A stretch of 64,000 bases of DNA from Camelus ferus. Lineage: Eukaryota. Positions 61,805-64,000 of this stretch are shown in pieces. The stretch is taken from contig NC_045697.1 in assembly GCF_009834535.1 (NCBI RefSeq), forward strand, positions 106,580,001 to 106,644,000, written 5' to 3'. A model generated the notes under the pieces. The model was not told the DNA's origin, made no database searches, and saw only the letters and a list, made by a program, of their open reading frames with translations. Both the position numbers and the translations under genes were made by a program. Numbering within the stretch: the first letter of the stretch is position 1; each line of letters opens with the position of its first letter.

Positions 61805-64000
61805 GTTTCAGTGGAAGGGGTGTAAATGAAATGATAATGAGATAGGGCGGGAGGACCACACTGGCCAGGATGATGGAAAAGGCTTCCCAGGGGAACAGAT
61901 GTTGAAGCCAAGGCCTGAGGTCAAACTTATAACTCTCCCCTCTGCTTACTCACAGCATTTTTTCTTACCTCTGGTAGGTAACACTTACCTTTGTAATTAG
62001 TGGTATACTGGGTCTGACTTTTGCTCCAGACTGAGTGTGTCCTGAGGTTAGGGGTCTTGGACATACAATAAATTCGTTAAATAATAAATAGCCCAGAAAA
62101 TAATTTTACCTCCAAGTCTGTCGATTGTCAAGGGAAGTTTTGTAGGAGTTAAGTTTGGATAGGGTTGTTCCTGTATATTTGTGAAAATGTGTCTTTTGAA
62201 AAATTGGATTATATTTCAGATAAATCAAAGATGATGTGCTAACTCGTCATTGTGGAGAGAATGACTCTTCTGCAGGACTTGCTTCTGTAAATCTGATTCT
62301 TCTCTTCATCTCATGTCCTTAAAACAGGGGACTCAGACCTGCTATCCCACAGCTGCGTAATAAGCTCTTTCCAGAGGCAGTGGGAAGAGACGTTTCCACT
62401 TGACGAATAAAGAATTCTAAAAGGCTGGGGGAAGAGAAGAGCTACTTGGAAGACACAGTGATACACTGGCAGTTGTGAGAAAAGATCAATATTCCATGAG
62501 GCGTTAAACTATGGAAATGGATATTTTATGGTCCTGGGATATAAAATAGAGGAAACCAGATTCCCTTGAGCAGGGGTGATCAGACTGCTTTCTTCACTGT
62601 AGGGAGGGCGGGGGAGTTGCTATGGGTGTGTACTGCCCGGCCAGGTCTCCTCCTCCTCACCCCGCCCCCCTGCCGTCCACGCTCCCCCACTTCTGTTTTT
62701 ACCTCTTCTGTTGATAGAGTGAACCATTACCCTAAGGATTAGGGATACTTTTCTTCTCAGCATTATTACCATTTTTAAAGATGTTTTACATGCAGTCATT
62801 GTGTGAGATATTGTATGTGTTTTGTCTCATTTAACCCTTGTTACACCTTGTGGAATGAGTCTGCATTGTCTTCCCCATTTCACAGCTGGGGAGGTTGAGA
62901 CTCCGAGGGGATAAAGAAATTGTGCCCTTGCACCAGTCAGAAGAGGTGGGGCTGGACCCTGAGGCCTTTCTCCTTAGCCTTTGAATGTCTGTGTTCTTAA
63001 CTGCTGTTCTATCACCCGTGAGGCAACAGGGTCCATTCTGAACCCTGAGGTTTACGTTGGCTATAGATCAGCAACCTAGAGCTCCAGCATGGCCGCAGCC
63101 ATACCTGCTAGATGTTTCTATTTGGGAAATGCAGGTTGCGGTCATTCATCAGTCACTGTAGATGTAAAGACAGTTTTAGCACATCTGTGTATGGTTCCTG
63201 ACGTGAAATGCATTATCCTCTACACTGTGCATGGTAAGGTCTGTGCGGTCACATTCTGCAGACCTGCCTTGCCGGGCTTTGGTTTCCTCATCTGCACAGA
63301 GAAAGTCAGGTTCGGTGACTGCTAAGGCCCCCTCCCCTTTCAGGTTCAGTGATCTCAGGAGATGCTTCTGGGAATGGGAAAGGGAAAGGATCTGTCTGTC
63401 TCCATGTCTGTCTTTAAGAACCGGCCAGGTTTTGTGATCAGATGTGGTTCCTCAGGTTTAGATGGAGTTCTTAGAATCCTCAGTAATCTATAGGAGGGTC
63501 TTCCCCATAGAATGTTCTCAGGAAAAAGAAAATTACAAGCCCCATGAGGGCTGGGACCACCGTCATCTTGTTCATGCCCTTATCCCATCAACCAGTACTT
63601 CTGTCAAGTGACGTTGATGATTAATTTTACTTTTGTGCCATAAATAAGGTATTTTGATAGGTGGGAGTAGGTGGGTATTGGTGTCTAAAAAATATCATTC
63701 TTAGTTAAGACAGCCAGCTGGACAATGGGGTAGATTTGCGGAAGTAGAATAAGTTCACGCAAAAGCCAAATGTTCCTTGCCCCTTCATGTTTCAGTTTTG
63801 AAATAAGTTTTTATTCAAGAGAAAAGATGCAGTATATTTACATGCTAACAACTTATCAATTTCACTCATGTCTGAGATGCCTGACTGAAGTTTTCTCTTG
63901 AGACATCTTTCGTAACCAAATTCTTGTACCTTTATTTTGAACGTGTGTGTTTAAATCTCGGGATTATTCTAAGCCCCCTAATGTCTTCAGCGTCTGCTTT

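Larger units (their letters stand above)
57563..64000 (+). other. DCLK2: DCLK2 intron 1 (partial)
   Basis: Starts with GT at 57563; no continuation of the DCX domain is visible in the remaining sequence or ORF track. Confidence 0.85.

Overview
Mammalian genomic DNA, most likely a camelid (camel, alpaca or llama). The organism is inferred from two tRNA-Ala-derived SINEs resembling camelid Vic-1 and from artiodactyl-type L1 3' ends. About 56 kb of repeat-rich intergenic sequence (L1s of several ages, L2, MIR, ERV/MaLR solo LTRs, hAT and Tigger fossils, microsatellites) precedes a CpG island. The island contains the promoter, 5' UTR and first coding exon of DCLK2 (+ strand, CDS 57142-57562), followed by the first ~6.4 kb of intron 1. 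No other protein-coding gene, CRISPR array or prokaryotic-type system is supported, and I found no convincing new biological system. The most notable observations are structural: a TSD-bounded chimeric L1, a twin-primed L1, a dispersed 41-bp duplication abutting a hairpin, two related ERV LTRs, two DCLK2 uORFs, and a hairpin and a full CRE palindrome upstream of DCLK2. Repeat subfamily names are from recalled consensus sequences, not a database search, and boundaries of old repeats are approximate.
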